In this document: piece after piece, positions 1 through 12,016 of the stretch
How the letters are laid out: the number at the start of each line of letters is the position of its first letter
Position numbering within the stretch: the first letter of the stretch is position 1
Assembly (NCBI GenBank): GCA_910592345.1
Contig: CAJVPI010000328.1
Span: 1-35,112, forward strand
Source of the DNA: Paraglomus brasilianum
Taxonomy: Eukaryota
Length of the DNA: 35,112 nt
Direction of reading: 5' to 3'
Notes under the pieces: generated by a model
What the model saw: the letters and a program-made list of their open reading frames with translations, nothing else
Told to the model about the DNA's origin: nothing
Databases searched by the model: none
Program-made: the position numbers and the translations under genes

Positions 1-3
1 GAC

Positions 4-1148
4 ATGTTTGGACACAAAATAATTACTCTCATATGCTTTGACACTTCAACAGTTCCATTCGCACTTTTACCTTATCAACAACCAATTCTCCTTTCAACTC
101 TTTTTCCTCGGACGACTTCGCCTCCCTCTTCCTCCCAGCCATCTCTCCAGACGCTCTACTCTACAATATCTATTCTCCGCTTCCAGTCATCATGGGGAGA
201 TGTAGACACTTCCCAAATAAGTTATCGCATTGGAACCAATCATGATGCTCAACATTTCGCATTGACGGATGAAGCTGCTTTTCATCGATTTTGGGGTGCC
301 CTCATAAGCCAATCGCAAAGGGAGAATGAAGGGAAAGAGGAAGGAGAAGGAAGCAATCCGAGTGCGGGGATAGACATAGAGGCAGAAGAAAGTTCAAACG
401 AACAGGATGAAGTACAATTGATAGTTTACAGAAAACGGCATACCGAAGGTGTGTGGGCACTATTTTTAATCTTCCATTTAAGGATTAGATTTGTAATTTG
501 CATAAATAAGGAGGGGAGATTTCCGTTAGAAATGCAATGCAGAGTGAGACGTTATGTGGTATACGCAGGGTGTTTACACCGAGCCAATTGATTAATTTTT
601 ACCTATTTATATGTTTCTTACTGATTATGTAATACAGTAAACTAACCCATTGTTCTCCTCTGTCTATTTTTTTAGTTGTTACCCAACCTCATCATACAGA
701 GTCATTGTATTCATCTCCAAAGACTCCAAGAGTGCAATTTGACAGGATGGTTGGTTAGTATCTTTGAGAGACAAATTTGGGAGGGAAGAAGCGAAAAATA
801 GAAAATCGGTGAAACATTCAATGAAAATATTCAAAATATCCAATGATTTCTTTTTTTAACCAATCCATAGAAGACGTCCCAATTCTGAGATCGATCACGG
901 TAAAGTCCCGTACAAAGACGTACAAACAAAAAGTTGCTGTGACCGATACGACAACCTTTGCTTCCGTGATTTCATTTGCAATCAACGCAGCGCCTCCACA
1001 TGGAAAACAATTTGTCATTTTTGCTGCTGATGGTTCACTCGAATATATACCAACCGACTTGGTGAGAGACGTAATCGTTGACGTTGAGCATGCCGAAGTT
1101 TTGGTTTCTTTGGAAAACGCTAGAGACGTTGATTTCGACGAATTTTAG
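4..1148 (+). CDS. Hypothetical protein, about 282 aa; exons 4-448, 511-558, 676-753, 871-1148; possible beta-grasp domains at both ends
   Basis: Three GT-AG introns join with consistent phase into one open frame linking ORF 4..591 to ORF 843..1148. It has an acidic low-complexity linker. The start may lie upstream of the window. Confidence 0.6.
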
Positions 1149-2628
1149 TTTATACGAGAATGAGAATCAAAGAGAGAAGAAAAGAGAGAATTAATTTAAT
1201 GAATTTCGAGAAATTAGAGTAAATTTATGCGAGTCGCATAATGAAGCACATATTTAATTTTATAATCGTCAAGGGGTCTTTGATGTCCAGCTTTTCTCGT
1301 ATTCATTCAGAACATTATATTTTACGGACTATTTTCCTATACTATATTTTATTACTTGTGTTTATTTGTAATATAGGTTTCTTTAACTCGAACGATTTGT
1401 CAATAGACGCTAAGGTTCTTTTATGTTTATCCTATTAGTATAATTATTTACGTTTGTTAAATCTAAAAAAAAAACAACAACCAACCCCCCCCTCTAATGT
1501 AAATACATACTTTTGCCGGTTTATATACTATGCTCGACTCTGTATATCTTTTATCTATATGTTCTCTCTTTTGTATTACGCTTTGTTTACTTTATTTTCT
1601 TTTCGCTATCTTTTTATTGTTACTGTAAATACCCAATCGACAAATTTATTTAGTTTAGCGCAATTCCCGTTTGATTGCTAAACATAACATATAAATCAAA
1701 CAAAATAAGAATCCCTGGAGATTAATTAATTAGCCATCATAATAAGATACGATTAAACCTGTTGGTCAACTTCTCTGCAGATTTTCTTGGGCATGGTTTG
1801 AAATAAGTTTAATTAATTGTCGGTCATTTCCGCTTTGAAAATCTGTTGTATTCTATATTAGATATGTCTTAAACCTTTGCTTAGTGTTCTCCTTTAGGCG
1901 TAGGCAAACTAAATACTAATTATATTCGATGTAAAACAAATAGGAAAGATCAACAAGAAAAATTTTAATTACTAAGCATTCGCAGCCTTAAACATTGCCT
2001 TTAGTTGGGTGAGGCTTTTTTTTTTGTAGAGATTATCGTTTATTAATTATCGCATCAAAGAAAATATGACCTATCTCATCGGCCAATGCCGTCAATTAGG
2101 CTTGAATAAGAAGAGAGGGGCGTTACCAAGACTTCGTGATGCTCAGCAATTTGTTATTGGCTAATACTATGGTTTGTATGAGAGCAGTCTTGGCGACGTA
2201 TTTGGAATTGAATCAATGATTTATTGCTAGGTCGTTCGATTATATAATGCATAATAACAGGGGTTCTTCTTGCTCGTAAAGTTCATTCTTCCCGATCCAA
2301 ACTGTCGTTACGAAAGACTGCATACTGATCGATCACCTTTGACGTCTGTAGCTCTTGTTTTAGTTAATAATGTTATTGCGGCGTCGATTGTACGATTCGA
2401 CGCATCACCAAAAGTATATAAAAGCAAAAGTCATCAAGTGTAAATAAGACAAATTAAATAATGTATTATTATAAACTCTTTACAAAGACATGCTACGGAT
2501 TCTCGGAGTAAACATTGTCCATTGGCATTGTCAATACCTATTGAGAAAGAATGTATATATTGATGATGACAAACGTATAATGTGTCAATCCGCCCATTTT
2601 CTGGGTTTCAGCCTATACTTACAAGCCC

Positions 2629-3372
2629 TCAAACTTCTAGATCGTCATCACCATCTCGACTGCTTCTTAGTCTTTTCATATCACTCATGATGCCATAAAC
2701 AAACTTTCTCTTTTTCCTGCGCCCGTTTTTATTTGGCGTCTTGTAGTCTTCGGTAGCCGACGACGATTCATCTTTCAACTGCAGCGATTGTTCATATGTC
2801 GCACTTTAGATATCGAAATAAAAATATATTAGATAAAATGGTTCATCATTCTGCTATTTCAATATCGTTCGTTATAAATAATATATACCTAGACAGCGAA
2901 AATAACCTATCAGCATCATGAACAGACAGCTTCTTTCTCTTTTCTAGAGAATTATTACTCTTTAAATAGTTATCAAATCCATGTATCAAGTTTCCGCCAT
3001 GATGAATTGTCTCTGATAAATAAGCCCCCTCAAAGTTATAGATATCTCGTTCAAGACGAGCCTACAAGTCATAGATGGAAAACTGGAACTTGAGTACAGA
3101 ACCAGACGTGAAGAGTGACGGGAAAGTCCCAAATTGACAATACTTGCTAGTTGTAAATTCGCTTCTTTCTTCTTCTTATTCAGATCGTCTAACTCTCGCT
3201 TCAGTTCCTCGTATCTTTTATAGGTAAATGTCTGCTGTAGAAGGACAAGAACTATTAAACCATAATGCAATTTACATAGCGCTACAGTGTCTTTCCACTT
3301 TCCAAGACAACAGGTAGTAGCATTAGCGGGATTACTCACTGGCGTCTCGTCTTTTTTCGAAGCGTCAGGCAT
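2629..3372 (-). CDS. EAF6: NuA4/NuA3 histone acetyltransferase complex subunit Eaf6; exons 3372-3340, 3234-3148, 3061-2889, 2803-2629
   Basis: Spliced protein reads KKKKEANLQL-ARLERDIYNFEGAYLSETIHHGGNLIHGFDNYLK...DADRLFSLSS, matching the Eaf6 motifs LExQIYxxEGxYL, GNxIxGFD and DRxFSxSS. It ends in a basic tail (RRKKRK). Confidence 0.92.
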
Positions 3373-4426
3373 TACTGTTCATTAAACAGGAATCGGAATT
3401 GTGTGACATTAGAGTGAAGGAAGACGCTGACCTGTCACACTAAAATTTAATTTGTTCTCTGTGCCACATAACAGGAAGGCTGGAAAAATTGGAATGTAAA
3501 TGTAAATGCCCCGTTCCCCACATGAAGTCGGGCGCTGGGCTTTTGAAGACGCAGTATAGCAGTAATAGTAACAGTACCCGTGTAGTAACAATGCTTTTTG
3601 TGTTTTATTGTCTTTTTAACAATTTGTACATTTATATGCTTCGCTCACGTTTACAACAAATTGCTTACGTTATATAGCTTGGCGGATAAAAATATACAAC
3701 ATGTTATCAGCCTTGTTAACTCTGATAAGCATCAATTGTTAAATAAAGACGACCCCAGGCCGCTAATAAGTAAGCTTACGGGCTCCGGACGATACAACAC
3801 CCCATTAATGTTTACAATAGTAAGACAGAGAGCTTCCAACGATTATTCTATTTCTAATTTTAATTTATTTTAGTACTATGATTTCCGAAATAAAATTCCA
3901 TTGTAATGAACAAATTATACTTTTGTTCAAGAAATAGTAATAATGGAGCGAACAAGAATTTGTGCAAATTGCTAGTATTATCCGCTTTTTTATTTTTGTT
4001 GTTGTGAGAATAGACAAGGGATTGTTGGTTCCACCATGGTTGTAGACAGTACAGTGCGAAGAGGCCAGAAGGCGATATAATTTAATATGGACACGAACGT
4101 TATTTAGGCCGAATTTTATAATGATGTGTTTACGGAACATAATATAACGAGAAGGGTTTGGATTTTTCTATTCTTCAACAGAATGTTAGACATTCGGTTT
4201 CTTCTCAGCTGACAATAATTATTTTGATACAGATAATGGACATAGTTTTTGTTGCTTCATGATTCTGACATTATCGACCAAGGGACAGTTGTTCCAAAGC
4301 CCGCCATTAAACTCGTCAAGTAGAGCTTTACTTAAGCCGGTAACTTAATGACCATGTTAATATTAATTCCTATTTTGATAGATGTCTGTACTGTTCCGCA
4401 TTGTACTGCCGGAACATTTTATACTA

Positions 4427-4616
4427 TAGTCAACTCTCTTTATAAGGACCTTTTTTGTGCGGACCCGATGCCTTATAACGACCACCTGTGCTTTGCCAGC
4501 CACATCGTAAATACTCTACAGTATTTTCTTAATATACTACGCTGCATGTAAGGACCCGCTGTTATAATGACCGATTTTGCTTTGCCTGAGATAGTTCTTA
4601 TAAAGAGAGTTGACTG
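4427..4616. mobile_element. 190-bp pogo/Tc1-mariner-type MITE
   Basis: 23-bp TIRs: left TAGTCAACTCTCTTTATAAGGAC, right (reverse complement) CAGTCAACTCTCTTTATAAGAAC, 2 mismatches. TA flanks both ends. Confidence 0.85.
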
Positions 4617-4629
4617 TACACGGTCGGTC

Positions 4630-4718
4630 AAATAAAATAAAATAAAATAAAATAAAATACAAGGACAAGGACAAAGACAAAGACAAATACAAATACAAAG
4701 ATAAAGACAAAGACAAGA
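4630..4718. repeat. Compound microsatellite (AAATA)n followed by (CAARGA)n-like units
   Basis: Seen directly: aaataaaataaaata...caaggacaaggacaaagacaaagac. Confidence 0.85.
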
Positions 4719-7160
4719 CGGTCTCACATCGTTATTAGAAAGAAGTCGGAACTACTTTTAATCGTATTAATAAAGTCGGACAATCGGTCTCAACGCATTC
4801 CGTTTAACAGATTTCTTTTCTATTTGACTTTTTGGTGATTTGTCGATCTTATATAAATTCAGTCATCAGCTGACTCGCAATATCTGCACTTCATACATTC
4901 TCAATCGTAACAGGCAATTAAAGAATGTATTCAGTTTTACGTTCTGGACAAATGTTAAATAGATGCAACTGCGTGATGTTTGACGGGTTTGATGCAATTT
5001 TTCTCTATTTTTCCTAAGAACTTTCGCAATCCATCCCTACTTGATTATTAATTATACCACCGGAAATATTTAGGAAATCATCATGCTTGATATTACGTAA
5101 GAAAGATTTATAATGCAATTGGGAAAAAACAATCATGCCATGGAAATCCTGCATATTAAATGTTTGATTTACAATCGTCACAATGAAAAGCAGGGAAATC
5201 AACGATGTAACATCTCGCAACAGAATAATTACTGCCATTAAGAAGAATGGGAATTCTCTGAATATATTTAAACAGAGAGAAATAAACGCCAGGTGATGTT
5301 GATGATGTAAGCCAATCTCAGAAACAATGGAATTTATGCGAAATTTGTCTACCGGCATAAAAACTGTACCACATTGTTCGGCGTACATACAATGATGTCA
5401 TGTGGCCACATGTCTTACAAATAGTGCTCCTTTTGCACAAAAGTAATGCAATGGAAGCAGCACATATTACTTGCATCATTGAAGTTACTAACATTGTTCT
5501 TATTAAAAGGGGACTGCTTAGCGCAGTGTTGCATAGTGGACGGTCAGTTGCTCAATAATCGACGTCGGGCTTCCATCCGTAAGTCCTAAATGACAACATA
5601 AACATTTCTTAGTTTATCCGGACATTGAGAGGTGAGCCATTTATGGATTGACCCATTTTGAGACGTTATGACTCACCTTTCTCATTTATATCGTTTTCCT
5701 TAGCGAGTAAGTCTGCGTGCGCGCGGATTAGCATAATCATGGGCACAACAATCAACTTTTTTATAAAGGCCAGCTTGGATTCTCATTTCTTACAACCAGC
5801 GTTTAATACTTATTGGTTAAATAATAAAATCAAATGCACGATGCTGCGAGTTATAGACTTATGAATAATTGGCCCTTGAATGTTTGACCAAAGTTGGAGA
5901 AATAAAGTGCCATTATTAGGGCTTTGTGCCACAATGACTCATTGTTAATATTAAGCTCCTTTTTTGTGCAATACAAAATAGCGTTACTTTTGCTTAAATA
6001 GCATTTGTCATGAAGATCGCTTCGAATTCGGAAGTAACACCAACTAAAATCGCCTGGCGAAAGCACTAACATTATAATTAAGTATACGTAAGACAGAAGG
6101 CATTCTACCCATATTTCTAGTATGGACACCCGATTTGGAAGCGTTGCCATCACAAACCGGAAATAATTTAAAACTGCGGTCTACAATATGTCGGTATTAA
6201 TTCTACGCTGGGATCTTAATTCGATTGGATCAAAGCTCATGCTTGTTCTGCAAAAATAACGAAAATTTGGAAAATCTTATATCAAAGTATGATAAAGTTT
6301 TTTCTCTATTAAAGATTTAATTCACGCATATTTAATATCACAACCAACTCGTTTTAAAAAGACTATCATTGCGTACATAGTATTTGTGGACAAGAGAGAT
6401 TCCCAAAAACCGTCAAATTTCAAAGTAAGATGGATACTTTAAATTGTAAGATGGCACTGTAGTTTGTCACGACCATTTATCTTCAAATGTTCCAATTTAT
6501 TTGTAGAACGAATTCTGTGTTGCTTCTCGCACGACGGGACTCTATTTACTTCTACACATTTATAATTTAAGGAACTATCGTTTATCAAACGTATCTGTAA
6601 GGAAAATGATTACTATGTTTCCGTTTGTGACAAGATTGTTACTATAGAATTTACTTATCACATTTCTGAACAACGCATTATTGTATAAACAGTTCATACC
6701 CAGATGTGATTGATTGATTATGAGCGACTCAATGTATATAACGACATAATAAACATAATTAAACAGTCTCAATCATACACATTCTTGTATTAACCATTTT
6801 ATTAGAGAGTCATATTCGGTCGACAAGCGGGTAAATCTTCCCGACGCAATAAACCTGAAGGGAAAGAGAAACTATCACTTTTCTTCTTTGGCCGTTATCA
6901 GGCCCGAGGCCTTAATTCAGTTGAATATCTTGGATAGAAAGTAAAGTGCATGAACGCAATATCATTTCAAAACATTGAGTATAATGGTTAAAAGTTTGAG
7001 ATCTGATTGACGGTTCGATTGACCGATACTTTTGATTCTGCATATAAACCCGAAACGTATATAGCCTTGGACTCTCAAGTATCATTTCGCAAAAACTTTT
7101 CTCCATAACAAGCTCTCAACTGCATGAAAAGACTGTTCGATTGAGTGGATCTTGTAAGTA

Positions 7161-7393
7161 CAGTCAACCCTCTCTAAATGCAATGCATCGCCGATTTGCA
7201 TTTACAGAGTACAATGCTTAATAATCTTATAAGCTCGGGACCGAACCAGAGCTTGCATTTAGAGAGGAAAAATATAGTGCTTGCACTTAGAGGGGTTGTA
7301 TTTGGAGAGGAAAATTATAGTGCTTGCACTTAGAGGGGTTGTAGGAGAGGAAAATTGCAGTGCTTGCACTTAGAGGGGGTAGAGAGTGTACTG
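7161..7393. mobile_element. pogo-type MITE with three internal ~40-bp tandem subterminal repeats
   Basis: TA|CAGTCAACCCTCTCTAAATGCA ... AGAGAGTGTACTG|TA. The unit GAGAGGAAAATTATAGTGCTTGCACTTAGAGGGG occurs three times at about 7262-7379. Confidence 0.7.
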
Positions 7394-7585
7394 TACAACA
7401 AAAGGAAATGTATATTGCGAAATGAAAACAGAGACCAAGCCTTTTTTTCCCATAAGGTTTTAAGGTTAGACGGCAATCTTTTGATGATATTTTTGATGTG
7501 AGCTTGTGCGGGATCGACAATCTATCCCTTTGGTATTTTCATCGCGGTTACTCCGTAGTAGTACCACCACCGAGTAGCATATAAC

Positions 7586-10500
7586 ATGGGTGATTCTACC
7601 CCTCGCTCTCCTCATTCTTCTAAAGAACACAAAGCGCACCTTCCTGACGATAGAAATTATCGCGTTCTATTTATTATCTTTCCTCTTTGTGCTCTACTGA
7701 TTAGCCTATTTATAATGACTACGTCTTCCCAAAGACAAGTGTTGCCTAGTTCTGTGAGACCTACTCATTATGATATTACGCTTACACCGGACTTGGAAAA
7801 ATTTGTATTCACCGGCAGCGAAGCTATCGAGTAAGTCAAGTCACATAGAAATATCCACCGAATAGTAGGATCTTGATGAAAAAGTATGATTTATATGGTT
7901 AACGATTGATCATTGTAAAACAGCATCGTATTCAACGATGATGTGAGGCAAATAGTTCTCAATGTTTTTGAAGTCGAAGTGACAGCGGCCAAATTACAGA
8001 ATCTGTCTTTGAAAACGATCCAGAAGTAATTACAAATTCTATAAAAAATCATATTGTGGTTTCGCGCTTGTACTTGTCCCTACATCTACTGATCCTGTCT
8101 CTACAGTATTGACGCCGTTCAAATTGAACACAACGAGAAGAGACAAACTGTAACTTTGACGTTTCCTCAAGAACTAGCGAAAAACACCAAAGGAGTGCTG
8201 AAGCTGCAATTTAATGGAACCCTCAATGATAAGATGTGTGGCTTCTATCGCAGTGTATTTGTTGATAAACAAGGAAACAAAAAGTACGTCCCTAATCTTG
8301 GGTTAATGTGTGTGTGTATATAGCATGGTCTATAAGATCACAGATTAATACAAACCTTCGCGCATCAGATACATGGCTACTACTCAGTTTGAACCAACGG
8401 ACGCTCGTCGAGCCTTTCCTTGTTGGGATGAGCCTGCGATTAAAGCTACATTCGATATTACGCTGATTGTACCATCGAATCTTACTGCGTTGTCCAATAT
8501 GAATGTGATCTCCGAGAAACAACTCGAACATGCGAAGAAAGAAGTGAAATTTGCCAAGACACCAATCATGAGTACTTATGTACGAACGGGGTCTTTCATT
8601 ATACATAGTAGTTTGCATAAGATGGTCACTCTTTAACGGACTTTGCCTTTATACTTGACTAGTTGGTTGCCTTCGTTGTCGGTGACTTGGCCTATGTTGA
8701 AGCGGAGACATCTGGGGAACACAATGGAAACCCGGTTCTTATCAGAGTCTACACAAACAAAGGATTGGAGAAACAGGGAGAATTTGCTTTGAGCGTAGCC
8801 GTACAGGCACTCGAGTATTTTGCTCAACGTACATACAAGTCTACAAAATCTTTTCTTTTCTCGAGTCTGAAAATTCGACTCTAACAACAAGTTTTTGTGA
8901 TTTTAGTGTTTGCCATCCCGTATCCATTGCCGAAACTGGATATGGTTGCTATACCAGATTTTGAAGCCGGTCAGTATAACACATGTAGCAATCGGGAAAT
9001 ATCATATTGCGTAAACATAACCTTTCTCGCCTATTATATACATAGGTGCTATGGAAAATTGGGGTCTCGTGACTTATCGTACTGCCGCTATTCTATTTGA
9101 TCCTCAGGCGTCAGATGCCAAGTTCAAGCAACGTATTGCCTATACAGTATCTCATGAACTAGCTCATCAGGTAGGTGTTTGCTATTGAGATGTAATGTTA
9201 TATCAATATAATTAAGATATCTTACACGTCTTATTGGCAACTAGTGGTTTGGAAACCTTGTCACCATGGAATGGTATTTATTATTAATAATAGAATATAT
9301 GCACGCCGGCTTATACCTATTTACATTCCATGTTTATGCCATATTGTATTTTTGCAATGTACAAAAAGGTGGGACCATCTATGGCTGAACGAGGGTTTTG
9401 CTACATGGGTTGGATATCTTTCTGTCGCAAAGATTTTCCCCGAATGGGATATTTGGACCGAGTGAGTATAAATTTTCCTGGTAAAACTCCTAAATAAATA
9501 CGTATTCAATAATATTAACGTATTCACAATTTTAGATTCCTAACCGAGGGTGTTCAACGTGGTCTTTCCCTTGATGCGTTGCGTTCTTCTCATCCGATCG
9601 AAGTACCAGTTAGCAATCCGAGGCAAGTGGCTGTTTATTTCATTCTGATACTCTTGCACATTTCCGTACCAATGTCTCGAATCAACTAATGAACCGGTGT
9701 CGATATTACAGTGAAATTCACCAAATATTTGATGCCATCAGCTATTACAAAGGAGCCTCAGTGATAAGAATGTTGAGCTCCTATTTGACTGAAAAAGTGT
9801 TCTTGACGGGAATTCAGAAATATTTGAAACAACACATGTATGGTAATGCTAGCACTGGTGATTTATGGAAAGCACTATCATTACAGAGCGGAATAGATGT
9901 TGAGAAATTCATGTCTATATGGACACGGGAAGTCGGTGTGAGTAAATTGATGAATTATAACTAGAATACTAACGACAATTCGTGAGGGAAAAAAACACAG
10001 TTCAACTGACCGGTCTGTATGTACCATCGAATCGAATTAGCACCCAGTTGTTAACGTAACCGAATCGTCGCCCGATAAAATCCACGTTCGTCAATCGCGC
10101 TTCCTTTCGACTGGTGATACCAAAGAATCAGAAGACACCAATATCTGGTGGGTACCGTTAGGCATTACAACAGGTCCAAACACGCCAGAAGAAATCAGCT
10201 CCGCTAAACTCGCCACCAGAGAAGCTTCAATTACCCTTCCACCAAATACTGATTTCTTCAAGCTTAACGTGCATCAGACTGGTGTATTCCGCGTCAACTA
10301 TACACCCGACCGTTTGACAAAGTTAGGAAAGGCTGTCAGAGAAGGTGGATTGCTCGATACTAGCGATCGTATCGGAATTGTTGCTGATGCTGCAGCCTTG
10401 GCGCGTAGTGGATATGCTAAGACAAGCAGCTTTTTGAGTCTAGTGAACGAATTTGAAAACGAAGAGAAATATATGTAAGTGGTATTTGATGTAGTGTCTG

Positions 10501-11715
10501 CTACAGGTGTATCTCATGAAATGTACTGAAATTGGTCAACTTATGTATTCAAGGGTCTGGGCAGAGATAACTAAGAATCTGGCGGATATATGTAATGTAT
10601 GGTTTGAACAACCAGAAAACGTGTACCAGGCTTTACAGAACATCCAACGACAACTAGTCTCCAAACTAGTTACTCGCCTTGGTTGGGATTATCTCGAGGG
10701 AGAAAGCCACCAAACCAGTATGTTACGAACGCTTGTCATTAAGGTTGCTGGTAATGCCGGAGATCCAGAGTAAGGACTTCTATATGACAAATAAATGTAA
10801 CATAGTCAGTCGTGTACTTGTCTTCAAATCTTAACCCGCTTATACATATCTCTCATTTAGTGTTGTCAAAGAAGCCCATCGTCGCTTCCAACTTTTAACC
10901 GAACACAAGAATGAGTCTGCTCTTCATCCCAATATTCGCGGTACAGCTTTTGAAATCGTTCTTACACATGGCGGTGGGACGAAAGAGTTTGACGCGATAT
11001 TGCAAATATATAAAGAGGCAAAGACGGAGGATCAGAAAGTTGTTGCTTTGATTGCGCTCGGGTCTGCTCAACAAGCAGATTTGATACAGCGTGCACTGGA
11101 ATTTAGTATTTCTGATCAAGTTAGGAGTCAGGATATTCATCATGCCTTCCTTGGGTATGTAAAAAGACAACGAGATGGGGAGGGTTTTGTTTGTTTACGA
11201 GGATATATGAGCCTTTACGATAATGAAATGGAATTTATTTATATAGTTACCAGTCCAATCGCAAGGCTCGAAGACCTCTGTGGGCATTCATTAAAGCAAA
11301 CTGGAATAAGGTAGCTATCGAGATGTGAATTGCATCTAGTTTTTCTTTCACTATTGGTATTCGCCGATTTTTACCATCAGTTGATACAAGCTTGCTGGTA
11401 AACTTTTCGAGATTGTGTCGTTACCTTTGTCTTTTATACTCACTCTTTCCTCTCTTCCTCCTACAAAAGTTTTACGAGCGCTACTCCAAGTCTATGACTT
11501 TATTCGGCAATATAGTCAGGTTCGGTACACAAAACTTTGCGTCAGAGGCCGATATCGCCGACATTGAAAACTTTTTCAAAGGCAAAGACACAAAGGACAT
11601 CACCAGACCACTCCAGCAAAGTATCGAGAAGATACGATCCAATGCTGCCTGGTTGGAACGGGATGCCAAGGATGTTAAAGACTGGCTAGGTAGTAATGGT
11701 TATCTTGTTGTGTAA
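7586..11715 (+). CDS. APE2: M1 family zinc aminopeptidase (Ape2/puromycin-sensitive type). 16 exons: 7586-7830, 7924-8025, 8107-8283, 8369-8579, 8663-8828, 8907-8969, 9046-9170, 9245-9273, 9369-9461, 9536-9622, 9712-9937, 10041-10474, 10554-10769, 10861-11154, 11247-11310, 11470-11715
   Basis: Motifs [50 protein letters not shown]...WLNEGFA (HExxH-x18-E), FDAISYYKG and an ERAP1-like C-terminal domain. All junctions are in phase. Confidence 0.96.
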
Positions 11716-12016
11716 TTTTATACTACTTATAATCGTATAGATATAGCTTGTAAGTATACGTATGTGTAAGAGCCGTCGACATATTCGATATATTTGGTTT
11801 ACACTAATACTAATGCAGAACAAGTAAATTGAAGTCATAACAATTGAAAGAATTCATCTCATTTCTAGTTGCTCGTGTTCATGTTCTATTTTTTTATGCT
11901 CCGGAATTACAGTTGATCAGAAGAGACTATTATTAATTAATATGCCACTTGTGCATTCTAGTCTCATGTGTATATTATCTCTTCAATATGAAAATATCAA
12001 TTATAAAACAAACCCT

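Noticed and set aside
2986..3147. C-terminal part of ORF 2986..3372 as translated
   Set aside because: It reads through a GC-AG intron and out of frame; the true product is Eaf6.
5014..7106. Short ORFs between EAF6 and the aminopeptidase
   Set aside because: They are AT-rich translations without recognisable motifs or a consistent splice model; decayed sequence cannot be excluded.
7262..7379. CRISPR-like array (three palindromic repeats)
   Set aside because: The units are contiguous with no unique spacers, lie inside a MITE, and sit in a eukaryotic context with no cas genes.
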